Part shown: piece after piece, positions 22,919 through 36,249 of the stretch
Layout: the number at the start of each line of letters is the position of its first letter
How positions within the stretch are numbered: the stretch's first letter is position 1
Assembly: GCA_010909165.1 (NCBI GenBank)
Contig: MU008172.1
Location: forward strand, 682,001-746,000
DNA length: 64,000 bases
DNA from: Anthoceros angustus
Lineage: Eukaryota > Plantae > Anthocerotophyta
Direction: 5' to 3'
The notes under the pieces: generated by a model
What the model was told of the DNA's origin: nothing
The model's input: the letters and a program-made list of their open reading frames with translations, nothing else
The model's database searches: none
Position numbers and translations under genes: made by a program

Positions 22919-25185
22919 ATGGAGGAGGTCGATGGTCGTCCACCTCCCAACTCCAAGGCAGTGGCCCCCGCGTTGGTAGCCCTACCACCTTCCGGGCGAT
23001 TCGTGGTGGTCGCTATTGGGGCTGCTCTTCGTGTCTTCGATCTCGTGTAACAATTCTCGACTTTAACCTATGGTGGAGTGTATTTTTGGAGGCGATGGAG
23101 GGTGCCAGTTTGGGTGACCAGCGTGTTGTGGCAGTGATAACGTGGCTGTCTCCTGCCAAGATGATTCTGTCCCTGCTCTACATTGGGATGCCATTCGAGC
23201 TATTTCCTTCAGCAGGAACGGCAAGCTTTTCGCATCCGCAGGTGATGACAAGCTTGTCAAGCTGTGGGACGCTTCTTCATGGCACTGCCTCAAGACGCTG
23301 TTAGTTTGTCCCCCTCGCTCTCAGCAATTTTCTCCTAGGGTTCCAAGGGGGACTTAAGTGTTTGCCCTGATTATCTTTTGTGGCGTTGGATCAGACGGCT
23401 TAACAAGAAAGTGAGTGCTGTCGCCTTCAGCCATGACTGCTCCTGGCTCATGTTTGCGGACAAGTTTGGTGTGGTGTATGTCACTTCCACGGGCGCGCAG
23501 ACTGCCACTGCCGCACAGGGCGCACCTAGGCAACTGCTGGCTCACTGTTGCAGCATTATCACTGGCCTGGTAGGCAAACTCAGGAAGAGCTCGTAATTGG
23601 CTGAAGTCAGGTGTGCTTAGTACCTGTGTGGTTGGAGATGCTGCCATCTAGGACTCGGTCACCGTGGTTGCTGAGTGTTTCATGTCCAGGGCTTTGTATA
23701 ATGCTCACGATGTCATGTCTGTCTTGTAGGAGAGCTCACCGGATGGGAAGTTTGTAGCCACGTCTGATCGAGATTTCAAGATACGAGTACGTTTCATCAG
23801 TCAGGATTTATCCTAGGGCATGTGCTCTCCTCACAGCAGGGTGTATTGTGCGCTTGTTTCATTTTGTGCGTCTGACTTCCATCCAGGTCAGCCTCTTTCC
23901 CAGAGATCCTCCAGCCGGGGCGCATGAAATAAATTCCTACTGTTTAGGACACACGAGGTACATCCTTGTACATATTTTCGTGGGGACATTGTCTACTTGC
24001 ATCAAGTAGTTAGCTGTTACCGTATTACTGAGATCTTCTGCAGCTTCGTGTCTTGTATTGCATTTGTAGGAGGGCAGGGTTCTCAATGTCTAGTATCTGG
24101 CGGCGGTGATGGAACGGTGGGTGTTTTGTGGTGAGGCTGGCTCCATGTCACAGTTGCTCCAGTGATCTGGCTGAGTCTTGTAGTCATTGCATGTGGCAGG
24201 TACGATTGTGGCAGCATACAACTGGCAAACTGCTGGATGTCTATCAAACTAACCAAGAGGTTCGAGACGTGTTACCAAAGGCTGTTATCTGTAAAGGCTT
24301 AGATGTTGGTTCGGTGACCTTGCTTAAGACAGGCAGGCCTTCAATCTCATGGCATGACGGGTATCCCCCTTTTGAGCTTTGAAGGCAGGAACAGACACGC
24401 ACGGAGTTCAGAATGAAGAGCAGGACGTGACACAGGCCATCCATGCGATTTCTGTCTCTCATGAGGGTTCCGTGGTGGCAGCAACTGGAGAAAGGTGATT
24501 CACGAGAAACCTTTGTTCCTGTACCTTGGAGGTTCGAAACATGTCAAGTGTCTGGATGACAAATTTGGAACATGCATACGTGCAGGTTGGAAGGAATCAT
24601 CTTGCTTAGGTGTGATCCCGCACTGGGTAAACTTTCCTATATGAAGGTACGCTTCCTAAACGGTGATAGGATCAAGCGTGTTTGAGGCACAGTGAGCGAC
24701 CGTGTAAACCAACTGTCTCGGCTTGTTTGCTGCAGACGGTTGCGTCGACAGAGCGAATCTGCCCCACCAGCCTGGCTTTTGATCCTGAGGGCCGACTTTG
24801 GCTTGTAGCTGGGGCTGCAGCAACTGTGGAGACAGGTGACGAGTTTGTTACGCCAGAGGCTGCAGCCATAGCCGAGGCCAAAGGAAAAGCTATTGCGGCA
24901 TCTGCCACTTGTTGTGTCGACGTTGTGCACACCACCAGTTTGGCGAACAACGACGCAGGGAGCGACGAGGGAGAGGAGGAATCGAGTATTGCTGTTCCAG
25001 GGGGCCAAGCGCTTCTGGACTGTTTGCAAGGCAACAGGATAGTTGGTGCAGCTGAAACTGCCCAAGCTGCTGAAGCAGCCGAGCTGGCCATGAAGAATTT
25101 GCTGTCCAAGCGACAATACTCGGTGCAACAAAGAGAGCACCGAAAACGTTTGCGCAATGATAAAAGGTTATCAAGCAAAAGCTGA
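22919..25185 (+). CDS. TRM82: WD40 non-catalytic subunit of tRNA m7G46 methyltransferase (TRM82/WDR4), multi-exon
   Basis: MEEVDG...VAPALVAL...ALRVFDL; IRAISFSRNGKLFASAGDDKLVKLWD; MFADKFGVVYV; LLAHCCSIIT; SDRDFKIRV; GAHEINSYCLGHT; SGGGDGTVRLW; C-terminal KNLLSKRQYS..REHRKRLRNDK. Confidence 0.92.
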
Positions 25186-25929
25186 TTTTGCCTTTTGTTT
25201 GAAACCCATCTACCTAGGCTAGCATGATGGAATTGCGCGTTTGGTAGTTGGGGCTTGGAATTGTGGGCTGAAAAGTCTGGCATCTTTCCTTGTTGGGGCA
25301 CTCAATTTGTTGTAACAAGGAAGTGACCGAGTCCTTCCGCCTGCTCCGTAGAAAGGGTCTTTGTTGTCTTCTTCGGTCCTGCCGTTATTAACCAGTACTG
25401 CCTTACTGGCCCACACTTCAGATGTGCCACATGACCATGGCTTGGTTGGGCAGCGAGCTGATCCAGGTGGGGGGCGGCTGTGCCGGCAACGCCGGCCTGC
25501 AGGCTGCCGGGCAGGCGCGACAGCCTCCGCCTTCAGTTGTACTCTACGCGGGGTTTTGTGCTGCATCCGTTTGCGGAGATAGGTGTAAGTAGGAGCCAAG
25601 CCGAGCCGATCCAAGCCGGGCCGTGCACAGGCGCTTGGAATTCCGGTGCCTTGGCACATCGTTGCAATTCGCGCACGAGCGTTTTGCAGTTCACCCGGAA
25701 ATGACAAGGTGACACGCAATTTGCCTCATCTGCAGTCCATCGCGAGCTCGTTGGGTGAGTCACGGACGCACTTCCGGCCCACGTACGGAGATCCCACCAG
25801 GGATCGCGGATAAGCCCAGCAGCAGTCTTTCACTGGAGTGAGGCTCTGCTTTTGGGTCGTCGCAGGAGCTTATGTAGCCTGTCTTGCCTTCCTTGCAGCA
25901 AGGGAGGACTCGGAGGTTCCAACTTTGCG

Positions 25930-28367
25930 ATGGCGGATGAGATTCATTCCGCTGTCACCGTGAATGGGGACTATCAGCATGGCCATGGTCAGTCTGGTTT
26001 GCTGGAGCAATATGTCGGCCAAACGCCTGCCCAGCCTCATCATCCGCCTCACGTTGTTGCGATGCAGAAATCACGAGTGCCAGGAAATCCTTGTGGGGGA
26101 GGTTTGCGGACACATGGCTGCAGAGGAAGAAGCTTGTCTGGTGGACTATGCTGGGCGTGGTGTCTGGGATTGTGCTGGGTGGTGCGCTCTACACCGTGAA
26201 GCCATCAAATCGGGCTGTGGAGCTCATTGGTAAGGCACGAACCTGCCTGAACTTCCCTCCCTCATCACAAGTCTGGTCCTTAAATGTGTTGCTCCAGTGC
26301 GAGGCTCACAGCAATTGGCTGTGATGGCCATTGGCAGGCTATCCGGGAGAGCTGATGCTGCACGCGTTGCAAGAGCTCATCTTGCCGCTCATGACGTTTG
26401 CGATCATGTCTGGTGTCTTCAGCTTGCGCCACACCCAGACAGGGTGAGATGCTAACTGCACCACGCCCACCGCCAGGGCCGCCCTTCGAGTTGTCCAGGG
26501 GTCCTTACGTTCAGCCGGCCGTTGCCTGATTTTGCAGGAGTGGGAAGATTGCCAAATGGTCCATCCTCTACTACTTCATCTCCATGATACTTGCCATCGC
26601 CGTGGGGATAATGATGGTGTTCACTGTCAAGCCAGGCCACAGCAAGCCTTTCGACGACGCTGGGCTTGGAAAGTGCAGCCGCCAGAATCAGAACTTGGTC
26701 AACTCCACTGCGTAAGTGAGCATTTCCCAACGATGGCCTGCCTGTCTTGGCGTGCACAAGCACTTGCAATCTCCAATCGTCTGACAGAGTGCATCCACAT
26801 CCTGCTGTCATGTGGCAGAAGCTCCTCCAGCACAGCCACAAACACGGTGGACTCGTTGCTGGATATTGGACGGCAGCTCATCCCTACCAACATAGTGGCT
26901 GCTGCAGCTGCCCCGAATTACTTGGGTGTCATGATGTTTGCCATCGTGTTTGCATTCTACCTCACGTCGCTGGGTCAGTTAGCTCTCTCAAGCTCAAGCT
27001 CAAGCTCAACCCTTGGCAAGGATTGCTTCTTTTTGCTGTGCTGCTGACTGCTCCAGGCCATGGGGTTTGGCAGGTCCAAGAGCGGAGCCTCTAATTCAGC
27101 TCATCGAGCTTGCTAACGACGTGATAGTGAAGATTGTAAGGCTCTGTGTCCCACCTGTCATCAGCTTGCAAGCATGTAGGTCCAGCTTGATGTGACTGGC
27201 CACCTAAACGGCGCCTGGCAGATAAACGCCGTGATCTTGACGACGCCCGTGGGGATCGCATCGCTCATCGCTGACACCATCCTGTCAGCCTGCAACCTGG
27301 GCCACCTGCTGAAGGCTCTGGGAGAGTATGTGGGCACCATCGTGGGAGCGTTTGCCGTGCACATGTTCGTGGTGCTGCCCCTCACACTGCTCTTCATGTC
27401 ACGCAAAAACCCCATCAAAGTGTTCAGGTGATGATTCACAGGCACTGCACGCAATTATGCACCACTGGCCTGCCTGTGCAAGGAGGTAGGGTTGTAACCC
27501 AAATGTGGCGTGCAGATCGTTTGTGCCAGCTTTCACCATGGGGTTCGGGACATCGTCCAGTGCTGCAACCATGCCCGTGACCATGCAGTGCGCGGAAGAC
27601 TACGGCTGTCTGAAGCACATCGTGAAATTTGTAGTACCCCTGGGCACCAACGTCAACCGCGATGGAACCGCGCTGTATGAAGCCGTGTCAGTCATCTTCG
27701 TGGCTCAGGTGTGTACACGCACATGACAACATTCATCAGACGTCAGATTGTACACTCACATCCCACATTGCACATTCCACAGACCGTGTACGATTTAGGG
27801 CTACCCTACACAAGCGACAGTGGTTTTAATCCGCATTTTGCCCTGGCAGGCACACGGGAGAGCTCTGTCCGCGGGGAATGTGATTGTCATCTCTCTCACG
27901 GCCTGCCTGGCTGCCATCGGGTCGGCTTCAATCCCGCATGCGGGCCTGGTCACATTGATCACCGTCATGCAGGTACGTCACGAGTGTTCCTTCAGTGTGT
28001 CGGTCGCGGTGGGAATGCCTCAAATTTCACTCACCCGGTCCATGGCTTTCGCAGGCAGTTGGATTTTCGGAATACATCGCCGATCTGTCCATCCTCTTTG
28101 CGGTGGACTGGCTGCTCAGCATGCTGCGCACGATCGTCAACATTTGGGGAGACGCTTGCGCCTGCGTCGTGGTCGACGCCTGGGCCAAACTCTCGGACAG
28201 GAAGCGGAATATTTCGCTCGCACACGCGGTTAGTGAAATATCGTGAGGAAAGTTCTGGGAGTTTTTTCCCTCCCTTGCCGAACACGCCATTAACTCCAGC
28301 TGTTGTTTTCTTGTGCCCTGTCCAGTCCAAGCTGGAGGAAGCCCGGGCCGGTGAAGGGCAATCATAG
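25930..28367 (+). CDS. SLC1/DAACS (sodium:dicarboxylate symporter family, GltPh/EAAT fold) transporter, multi-exon
   Basis: Spliced product contains YPGELML..LILPL, YYFISM, LIPTNIVAA, NYLGVMMFAIVF, TPVGIASLIA, HP1 FGTSSSAATMPVT, TM7 LGTNVNRDGTALYE, HP2 AAIGSASIPHAGLVT, TM8 AVDWLLSMLRTIVNIWGD. First intron ~25988-26067; last intron 28229-28325 (in-frame); the unspliced alternative stops at 28246. Confidence 0.93.
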
Positions 28368-29312
28368 GAGGAGAGTGATGGACCATCCTCTAGGTGTTCG
28401 TGTTCCGATTTCACTCACGTATTGGACAGGCCTTCTCCTTCTTGTTCCGAGCACGCTTCACATTTGTGACTAGCCGCCAAGCCGCCAGAAGGACTAGGGA
28501 CTTACTCGGTTTGAAAGCTCGCCCTCGCTCTACGATGTGCATTTGTACATAGACCTAACGCCCGGCCCCTGCACATATAGGTAGGTCATGGATTTGTAGA
28601 AAAAATGAATCTGAAGAAAGGAAAAGGCTGGCAAGGCCTTTCCTCCCGCCGCAGACGCACTGCTGGTTGGTGCGCCTATTTTTGACATGTTGGTGGCGTC
28701 AGGAAGCCGAGCCGAGCCTGTTCCCTTGAACCCCTTCTAGCCAGTTGCGCCCGACCCGACCGGCAACGCCGGCAGGGACGAAGCTTCCACAGTTGGGCTT
28801 GGGCTTGGCTTTGGGACGTGCTTGGCTGTTGAATCTACTTCCTCCTTCCGCTTCTCGAATTGCCGCGATCCCTTTCGAGACTGGTTTTTTGCTGTCCCGC
28901 ATTGTGCTGTCCCGCATTGTAATTTGCGATTGCTGGAATTCGCAAGCTGCACATCTGTGTGAGCCTGTTGCGATCGATCATCGATCATCAGGGATGCGTT
29001 GAGCAGTCGGTGTCACCTGGACGCGGCTTCAGCGAGAGTGGTCCTGGAAGCGGGATCTGGCGCAACAGTTATGTACTTGTTCGGGCTCATTTGAAAATCG
29101 GGGCTTCTTTGTGAGCACCATCCGTACAGTGACAGCAGAGTGCGACTCCAGGCCGGGCGATGGAGCCTCCTGTGCAGCAGAAGCAGCCGGCCAGGGCGCG
29201 CGCAGTGTGCGAGGAAAGAGGGACGGGAGGCCCGGGGAACGCTGCGGAGTGACGGAATCCAGCTTGTTGCCAGCAACGGAATCCGGGAGGGGACGAGTGC
29301 ACGACCAGCAAC

Positions 29313-31483
29313 ATGGGGACGAGCTCTCTCAAGAAGAAGACGGGGATGGGATGGGGGTGGTGGGGGATTACTGTAGTTGTGGTTGTGCTTGTCATCGCTG
29401 CAGGATTGCTGGCAATGAAGTACAGTAAGAACAAGAAAAGTTCCCAAGGGGCGGAGGGCGGGGCGCTCATCCCCTACGGCTCACCCTATACGCCTCTGCC
29501 GGATCCCTCCATCAACTTCACCCAGGCTCTCGGCGTTACTCTCACCTTCTTTGACGTTCAAAAATGTACGCTTCCTTTGCTCTTGCATCTCAGGCTGGAT
29601 GCACTTGGAATCGCATTGTCCTGACCTGACCGCGTGTGCTGCTCGCTTCAGCTGGAAAACTGCCGGCGGGGCAACCAATACCTTGGAGGAATGATTCTGC
29701 CCTACAGGATGGGCAAGATGTCGGGCTAGATCTGACTGGAGGGTTGTATGATGCTGGGGATCACATCAAGTTTGGATTGCCAATGGCATACACTGGAACG
29801 GTGCTCGCCTGGGCAGTCCTGGAGTACAAGCAACAGCTGGAAGCTGCGGGGTTGCTGCCTCAGATATTGGACGCGATCCAATGGATCACGGACTTCCTCA
29901 TTAAGGCCAGCCAGACTAAGGACGCGTACTACTTTCAGGTAGGCACGCATGTCGAGATCCGGCTTCTGGCCTTGGGTGAGGGATGTGCTAATGGCTTCTT
30001 CGCTGACAGGTGGGAGATCCGCAAGCTGATCATGTTTGCTGGGTGAGAGCTGAAGATCTGGGGAACATCTCCAGGCCTTCCTATCAAGTGAACGCCTCTG
30101 CTCCAGGTGCGCTTGGTTGCTGTCACCCTTCCATACCTGACCTAGTTATGGCTGCCAAGAAGAGCGTAGGTGGAATGAATGCCATGGCCTGGACTTGGAC
30201 TGGTGTGCAGGTTCCGATGTTGCTGGGGAAGCTTCAGCCACGCTGGCAGCTGCGTCCCTCGTCTTCCGATCAGTCAACTCCTCGTACTCGCAGACCCTTC
30301 TGGATCATGCCACGCAGCTCTTCGACTTTGCTGACACATACCGGGGTGCATATAGCCGAAGTTTGTCATCGGTGGTGGAGTTCTACAACTCGACAAGCTA
30401 CGTTGATGAGCTGCTTTGGGCGTCTGCGTGGCTGTACTACGCGACAGATGACCCCAAGTATCTCAATTACGTAACGGTGACGAATGGCCTCAGGTTCGCG
30501 CAATGGGGAAACACTGGGTGGTTCAGCTGGGACGACAAGCTTCCTGGTGTCCAGGTCTGTAATAATGCCCTCCTTGGCTTCACTACAGGCAGAGACGAGT
30601 GACAACGAGACGAGACTGACTCCTTGCTGTAACAGGTTCTTCTGGCAAGGGCCCTCCTGGTGAACCCAGCTCCTGCTCAGCCAATGGACAAAACGACAAC
30701 CACGAACCTGCAGAGTTACAAGAAGACTGCAGATGCCCTCATGTGTTCTCTCCTCCCAGACTCTCCGACAGCAAGTCATAACCGCACGAAAGGTCTGTTC
30801 CTTTTTGCTTGCAACTGGTCGAAGAGGTTCCAAACTGGGCCTTTTGCTGCAACCTCACCGTCGCATTGCAACAGGCGGTATGCTGTGGATCAGCGAGTAC
30901 AACTCAGCCCAACATGCAGTGGGCTCGGCCTTCCTGACAGTAATCTACAGCGACTACCTGCTGGCCAGCAAGCAGAACGTGACCTGCTCGGGCCGGACCT
31001 TCACACCCCAACGACTGCGAGAATTCGCAACCACTCAGGTCTGACTAACTGAGCCCAGTGCCTTGTTCTTTTCCTTCCTCAGCAATGTGGCATGCGTGAA
31101 ACTCACAGTGTCAACACATGGTGGCTTGGGCTTTGCTCTGGCAGGCCACATACCTGCTGGGATCAAATGCCATGAAAAAAAGCTACCTGGTAGGATACGG
31201 AACGGACTTCCCACAGTTCGTCCATCACCGAAGCGCCTCCATCCCTTCCTACAACCACACCGCCTGCCAAGCCGGCTTCTACTTCCTCTACGTAGACCAA
31301 CCCAACCCCAACATCGCCACCGGAGCCCTGGTAGGCGGCCCCTTCCTCAACGACTCCTACACCGACTTCCGCCCCAACCACATGCAAAACGAGCCCACTA
31401 CTTACAATAGCGCGGCGCTGGCGGGCCTCCTGGCCGGCCTCTCGTCGGGCGTGGGCGTCGCCGTGCCCCCCACTTTCGCATGA
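29313..31483 (+). CDS. GH9 endo-1,4-beta-glucanase with N-terminal membrane anchor, multi-exon
   Basis: WGWWGITVVVVVLVIAAGLL TM segment, FFDVQKSGKLP, GGLYDAGDHIKFGLPMA, DELLWASAWL, FSWDDKLPG, YLVGYG...HHRSASIP, NEPTTYNSAA. Confidence 0.95.
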
Positions 31484-31991
31484 TACTCGGCCGGCCCGCC
31501 CCGGGCCTGGCCTGGCCCGTCTGGATTCGGTTCCATTCGGGTCGTAACATACTCCAGTCAGTCTCTCGGTACGTCATTTTCTGAAGCCATTTATAATTCT
31601 ATATACTGGTAGGTACGTACAGAAGAGGTGGACCAGACCATGTGTGCGGACAAAAAGTTTTTCCCCTTCTACTGCGTATCGAGTCGGGGCAGGACCTTAA
31701 CCGGATATTCAACAGCCTCCCCACCGTCGCCCCGTCGTCCCGTCGCCCCGTCGCCGGGCCAGGCTTGCGCGTTGCCTCGTCTGCTTCTGTGTGTCACTGC
31801 GACTCCCGAGTACCAAGTCCCGCTCTCTGCCGTGCGGCGTGCGGCGTGCGGCGTGCTGCGCGCGGTGAGGCGTGGTGCTTGGTGTCAGTCTGCAGGCCGG
31901 GTGTGAGGCAGCCGAGCGAGCGTTGGAGCATCCTGCTCGCGCGGGGACGGGCAATTGGATCCACAGCGCCTGCGAGGATGCGGTGACAAAA

Positions 31992-34124
31992 ATGCTGGGG
32001 AAGTGGCTCATCGGACCGAATTGGTTCGGGGCGTGGGATCCTGCCGACCTCCTCTCCTCTCCGCGATGGCCCGGGGCCTCCAAATTTCCCATTCCAGGCA
32101 GCGGGGCCATCGGCGGGTGCTTCTCTGCCGTGCTGCAAGCTGCCGGGGGCCTGCTCATGATCTCCGACAAGGGCTGCCTGCACCTCGAGCATCTGCGCCG
32201 TCCTCCGCACCCGAATTGTACCCGTCCTCCTCCCTCCTCTTCTCAGCACGCTAGGTATCCCGCCTCCGCGGCTCGCCATGCCGCGTCTCTCATGCTCACC
32301 AGGCTGGCCTCTCTCTTCCTGTCCCCTTCCTGCGCCCCCGATGCCTTCCAGGTCGTCGCAATTGCGTACTCGGCTGCGGTCCTGCCGCCGCCGCGCGACC
32401 TGTGAGTCTTGCTCCGTCCTTTTCGTTGAAGAAGGCCTCTCTTGTGTGTGCTGCTTGCTCATGTTGTACGTCTTCGGGTTTCTGCACCAGCAAGGCGTGC
32501 GTTGTGGACGCCAATCTCCAGCTCGCACTCGGCGACCAGCTTACCAGGCTGCAGGCGGCTCAGGAAGTGAGAGTGGAGCCGAGGACCGGCACGCAGTTCC
32601 CTTTGCACCTCTACTTCCACGACCTTGGGAAGGATGCTGACGACCTAGCTCCTCACTGCCAGGTGCTCACTGCTCACTCCAGCTTGGATTGAATTGGATT
32701 GGACTCGCTTAGAGTCAGTGCTAAAAGATTGACGTCCCGTGCTCTCATGGCCACTGCCGCCGTCGCAGGTGCTGGTGGGGGTAGGCGTGCGGAGCAAGAC
32801 TATAGTCAAGTTCAAGTCAATTGACATCTATGCGTTTGGGCTATGTGAGCTTCCTTCAGCCTCGCGGGCAATGAGCATTTCCGAGGTGGAGGTAGTGGTA
32901 TCACCTCAAGTAACTGACAAGGTGATCTCAATTCAGATGTACATCCAGAGCATTTACGGGCTCAACTGGGAGATAAATACTGGAATGTTCCACCTGAAGA
33001 GCTCAAGTTCTGCCCCGAGTTTTATGAGGATTTGCTCAGGTATCCTGTTGCTTATTGATGTCTCTCTTGTCTGAGTTGTGGTCTGCTGTAGTACTGGATG
33101 GTATTTTCTGCCAACCAGCAAACAGTCTTGATCAATTGAGGTCTCCCAAGTGTTCTGTGTATCTCTCTGTCCGACTTTGTTGTCAGCAATGCACCTAGTA
33201 TTCACATTTCTGCACTTCCCCTGCTTGTGTCCCTTTCCTTGTGTTAAATGTGGCCTGCTGGTTAATCAGACATGAGGTGGATATGACTGTACGTATGGTT
33301 GTGCACTACAAGGGCCTCAAAATGCACATGGTTCGGAGGTAAACCTCAGTTGATTATTGCAGCCCCATCAGGAAGGTTAATGCAATGTTTGCCAATATGA
33401 TCACCGGTTTTCTTTTCGTTGTGCGCAGTGCGTTTGAGTCCTCATTGAAGAACCGTCTCAGAAAGGTGCCCAACTCCTTCTCTTGGTTGCAGACCTTTTA
33501 TAACCTCTCACAACTACAGGCGGCTACTAACTTTCGCTGCTGTCGTTTATGGCAGATCAAGGGCGTCCCAGATGACAATGGCTTGCGTGCATTCTGTTCC
33601 TACCTTTCTGAGGACGTGGCTATTTTTAGGGTCTGTACATAAATCAATAGGTTCTCATGTGTGCGCCTGCCATCAGCAAGGCTTGAGTGTGATCCGTGAT
33701 ATGACGTGTTTCTCTGCAGGGCACCACTATCGATGTTCAATGGCAGCCTGGAGGACAGCTCCGAACGAGAAGTCCGTGATTGTTATTGATCACTTGCAAG
33801 CTTTCATTTTGCTTCCGGAAACGTCCAGTGCCACACTGTGACTGTACTAATGTTGAGCGATGTGGTGTTTGCAGTTGAAGGTCGGCCAGTAGGAACTATT
33901 GTCAGCAAGCACCTCTGCCGTACGTTTTTCTACCTTTCCTGAAACTCGTTTTGGTGGCCTATGAGTAACATGGCGGTCTGTGTTCTGAAGATACTGACGT
34001 CATTTCCGCAATTTGATGTGCAGGAGCGTTTTTCGACCTGTACATAGGAGATCCTCCAGTCTCGCATGCAGCCAAGACAGAAATAGGAGAAAATTTTGCT
34101 CGAATTCTTTGGCGCGGGAGCTAG
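31992..34124 (+). CDS. FAP2: Chalcone-isomerase-fold fatty-acid-binding protein (FAP2-like); start codon tentative
   Basis: VEPRTGTQFP, VLVGVGVRSKTIVKFKSIDIYAFGLY, DMTVRMVVHYKGLK, SAFESSLKNRL, GTTIDVQWQPGGQLRTE, LCRAFFDLYIGDPPVS. Confidence 0.82.
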
Positions 34125-34625
34125 CAGGGAGGTTTAGATGCTGTTATGGTTAGACCATTTTTTAGGGCTCGCCATATCCCCTTGGCGTCCTTTGCTAATA
34201 TCAGGTAGCAACGCGTAAAATGTACAATTTGCAACGCCGAACCTTGTCACTACCGTGCTAGCGTAGTAGCGAAATCATGCTGTAGAGGACGTTGTGGGAC
34301 ATCATATTTTGCTGCAGACAATCAAGCTTTTCCTTCCAATTCCGCAGGACTCCTTGCCGAGTTATCGGCGACATTACCATTTAGCTGGACCGCCAGCGTG
34401 CGATGGTCTAACTAAATGGTAAAGTGCAAGACCAAGTCCCGTGGAATTTCCGTATTCTGATGTCTACCAAATTGTGGCAGAGCGCGTCATTTTTTACTAC
34501 AGAAGTTGAAGGGAATAGTATGACACAAGAGTTCGTACAATCAACAGAGAAAAGAGGCACGTTCGGGCCTCGGGTTGCAGACGGGCAAAAAAGATGCTGT
34601 CTGCGTTGGGCTCAGGCATGGAACC

Positions 34626-35164
34626 TTAGATCTTTCCGGTGCCTTCCGGGCCTGGCTCTCCTCCTTTTTGCGGAGACCTCTTGATGGGTAGAAAATCAGC
34701 AGACGCGTTAGCACCAACGTATCCCACGGAACCAGCGGCCGTCAAGATAAGGAACTTCAACAACAAACCCCGCTTGGTGAACAGACCAGCGAAGGTCTCA
34801 AAGAACTTGCTCTGCATTCCCGTTGAGCGACATTCGTCAGAAATGCATCTAGTCAGAAAATACGAAAACCAAGCAAGCCCGGCAATTTCATCATCCAAAG
34901 CGGTGCGACAGCAACCTGGAGGGGGTTGTATGGTGAAGGGCCGTCAGAGCCGTAGAGGTCCCATTGACCTGTGGTGTTGGCGATGTCACCGAGGTCGAAG
35001 TAGACGCTCTTCTCACCATACTTGGCGGTGGCGACTCCCACCTTCCGGGGAGCGGCTTTCATGGAGACGGAACGGGCGGACGAGACGGCCAGCCTCTGTC
35101 CGGCAATGCTGCTGGAGCCCAGGCCCGAGGCCGTTGGAAGAGAGAGGGTGGTCATGGCCGCCAT
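34626..35164 (-). CDS. PSAH: Photosystem I subunit H precursor; intron 34812-34915
   Basis: Transit peptide, then [32 protein letters not shown] | [21 protein letters not shown]...GKI. Confidence 0.96.
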
Positions 35165-35903
35165 GGATGCTGCAGCTGCTCCCACCCAACCTTGACGGAC
35201 GATTGAACTTGAGCGCGCCTGGGCGAAAACGGGCTGCGGTCTGAGAAGTGGTGATGGAGGAAGTGCAGGCAGCCGAGAACTCAGCGGCCAAGCTGCCTTC
35301 CCCTTTGATTTCCAAGGATAAGACGGGATAAGGAGAGAGGATTGGTCTGACGTATAGCAGCCAGAGGGAGGAAACGACTGGAGACTGGAGTAGGACTCCT
35401 GTAGAGAGAGAAGGAGCTTGTTATTTCTCTTTCGAGTGGGCATTGAAGGACCTCTAGCGGAGCGATTTATGGAGAAAAGTTGATGCCAATATGGAGAAAA
35501 CACCCTTACATACCCATGTGTGAGCGGGTAACTGTTGGCATTCGTGATAACTATGAACGCTTTCCCGGTTCATAAAATTCGTCAACTTATTAATGCGGGC
35601 GTGTGTGCATACGTGGGGCCCACCACTTACACTCCCGTTACCACCGGCATGCATCCCGGTGTGTTCTCATGCCATGGCAATGCATGCCATCCATACATCC
35701 AAGCACCGTATGTAATCAAGCCTATGGAAGACCGTAATCCCGTTCACGGATGGTTCACGATGCCATGAAGCCGTTAGGCTGTTTATCGCGCGCACAGGGC
35801 TCCATGCTTCAAATTCGCATACGAATTTACCGACCTCGCACTTACCGTGAACGCTGATCCGTCGTGTGTCGAGCTAAAGCTATGAGTGATCGGGTGGGAG
35901 GTA

Positions 35904-36130
35904 TAGAAGAAGAAGAAGAATTTTATTTAAGTCCACTAAGGACGGATTTCCGTCATGGGACTTGGTACTTAACAACTTGTACCATGGTGTGCCTAAGCTA
36001 CTTGGAGAAGGGCATCCACTCCCTTTAGGCACCCCATCTAAGTACCGATCTAAGCTCAGGATGCTTAATCATGGCATTCTTATAAATGTGCGTCCATTTG
36101 GCCTAAGCCATTTGGACCACCATATACATA
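35904..36130 (-). mobile_element. Possible 3' end of a truncated non-LTR retroelement (AATAAA followed by a (TTC)n tail on the minus strand)
   Basis: Minus strand ends ...ccttagtggacttaaataaaattcttcttcttcttct. No RT motif or TSD recognised. Confidence 0.3.
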
Positions 36131-36249
36131 TATGTATAGGAACCACCATCAGGTCCCTTCAAAATGGTTCAACACTATCTCCTGCTATCTTGTTATCGGC
36201 AGAGAAGTATTAATTCAAGGAAAATGCACTTTATTGTTGTCTAATTTTG

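Noticed and set aside
2043-31483. Apparent cell-wall gene cluster (UXS, BDG, CTL, chitinase, GH9)
   Set aside because: Interleaved with unrelated housekeeping genes (LIG4, TRM82, CYP26-2). No shared pathway or co-regulation is visible, and proximity is expected in a gene-dense genome.
34626-34680. Atypical PsaH C-terminus ([12 protein letters not shown] vs the usual PKLGPRGKI)
   Set aside because: The frame is intact and the terminal GKI is kept; within ordinary lineage divergence.
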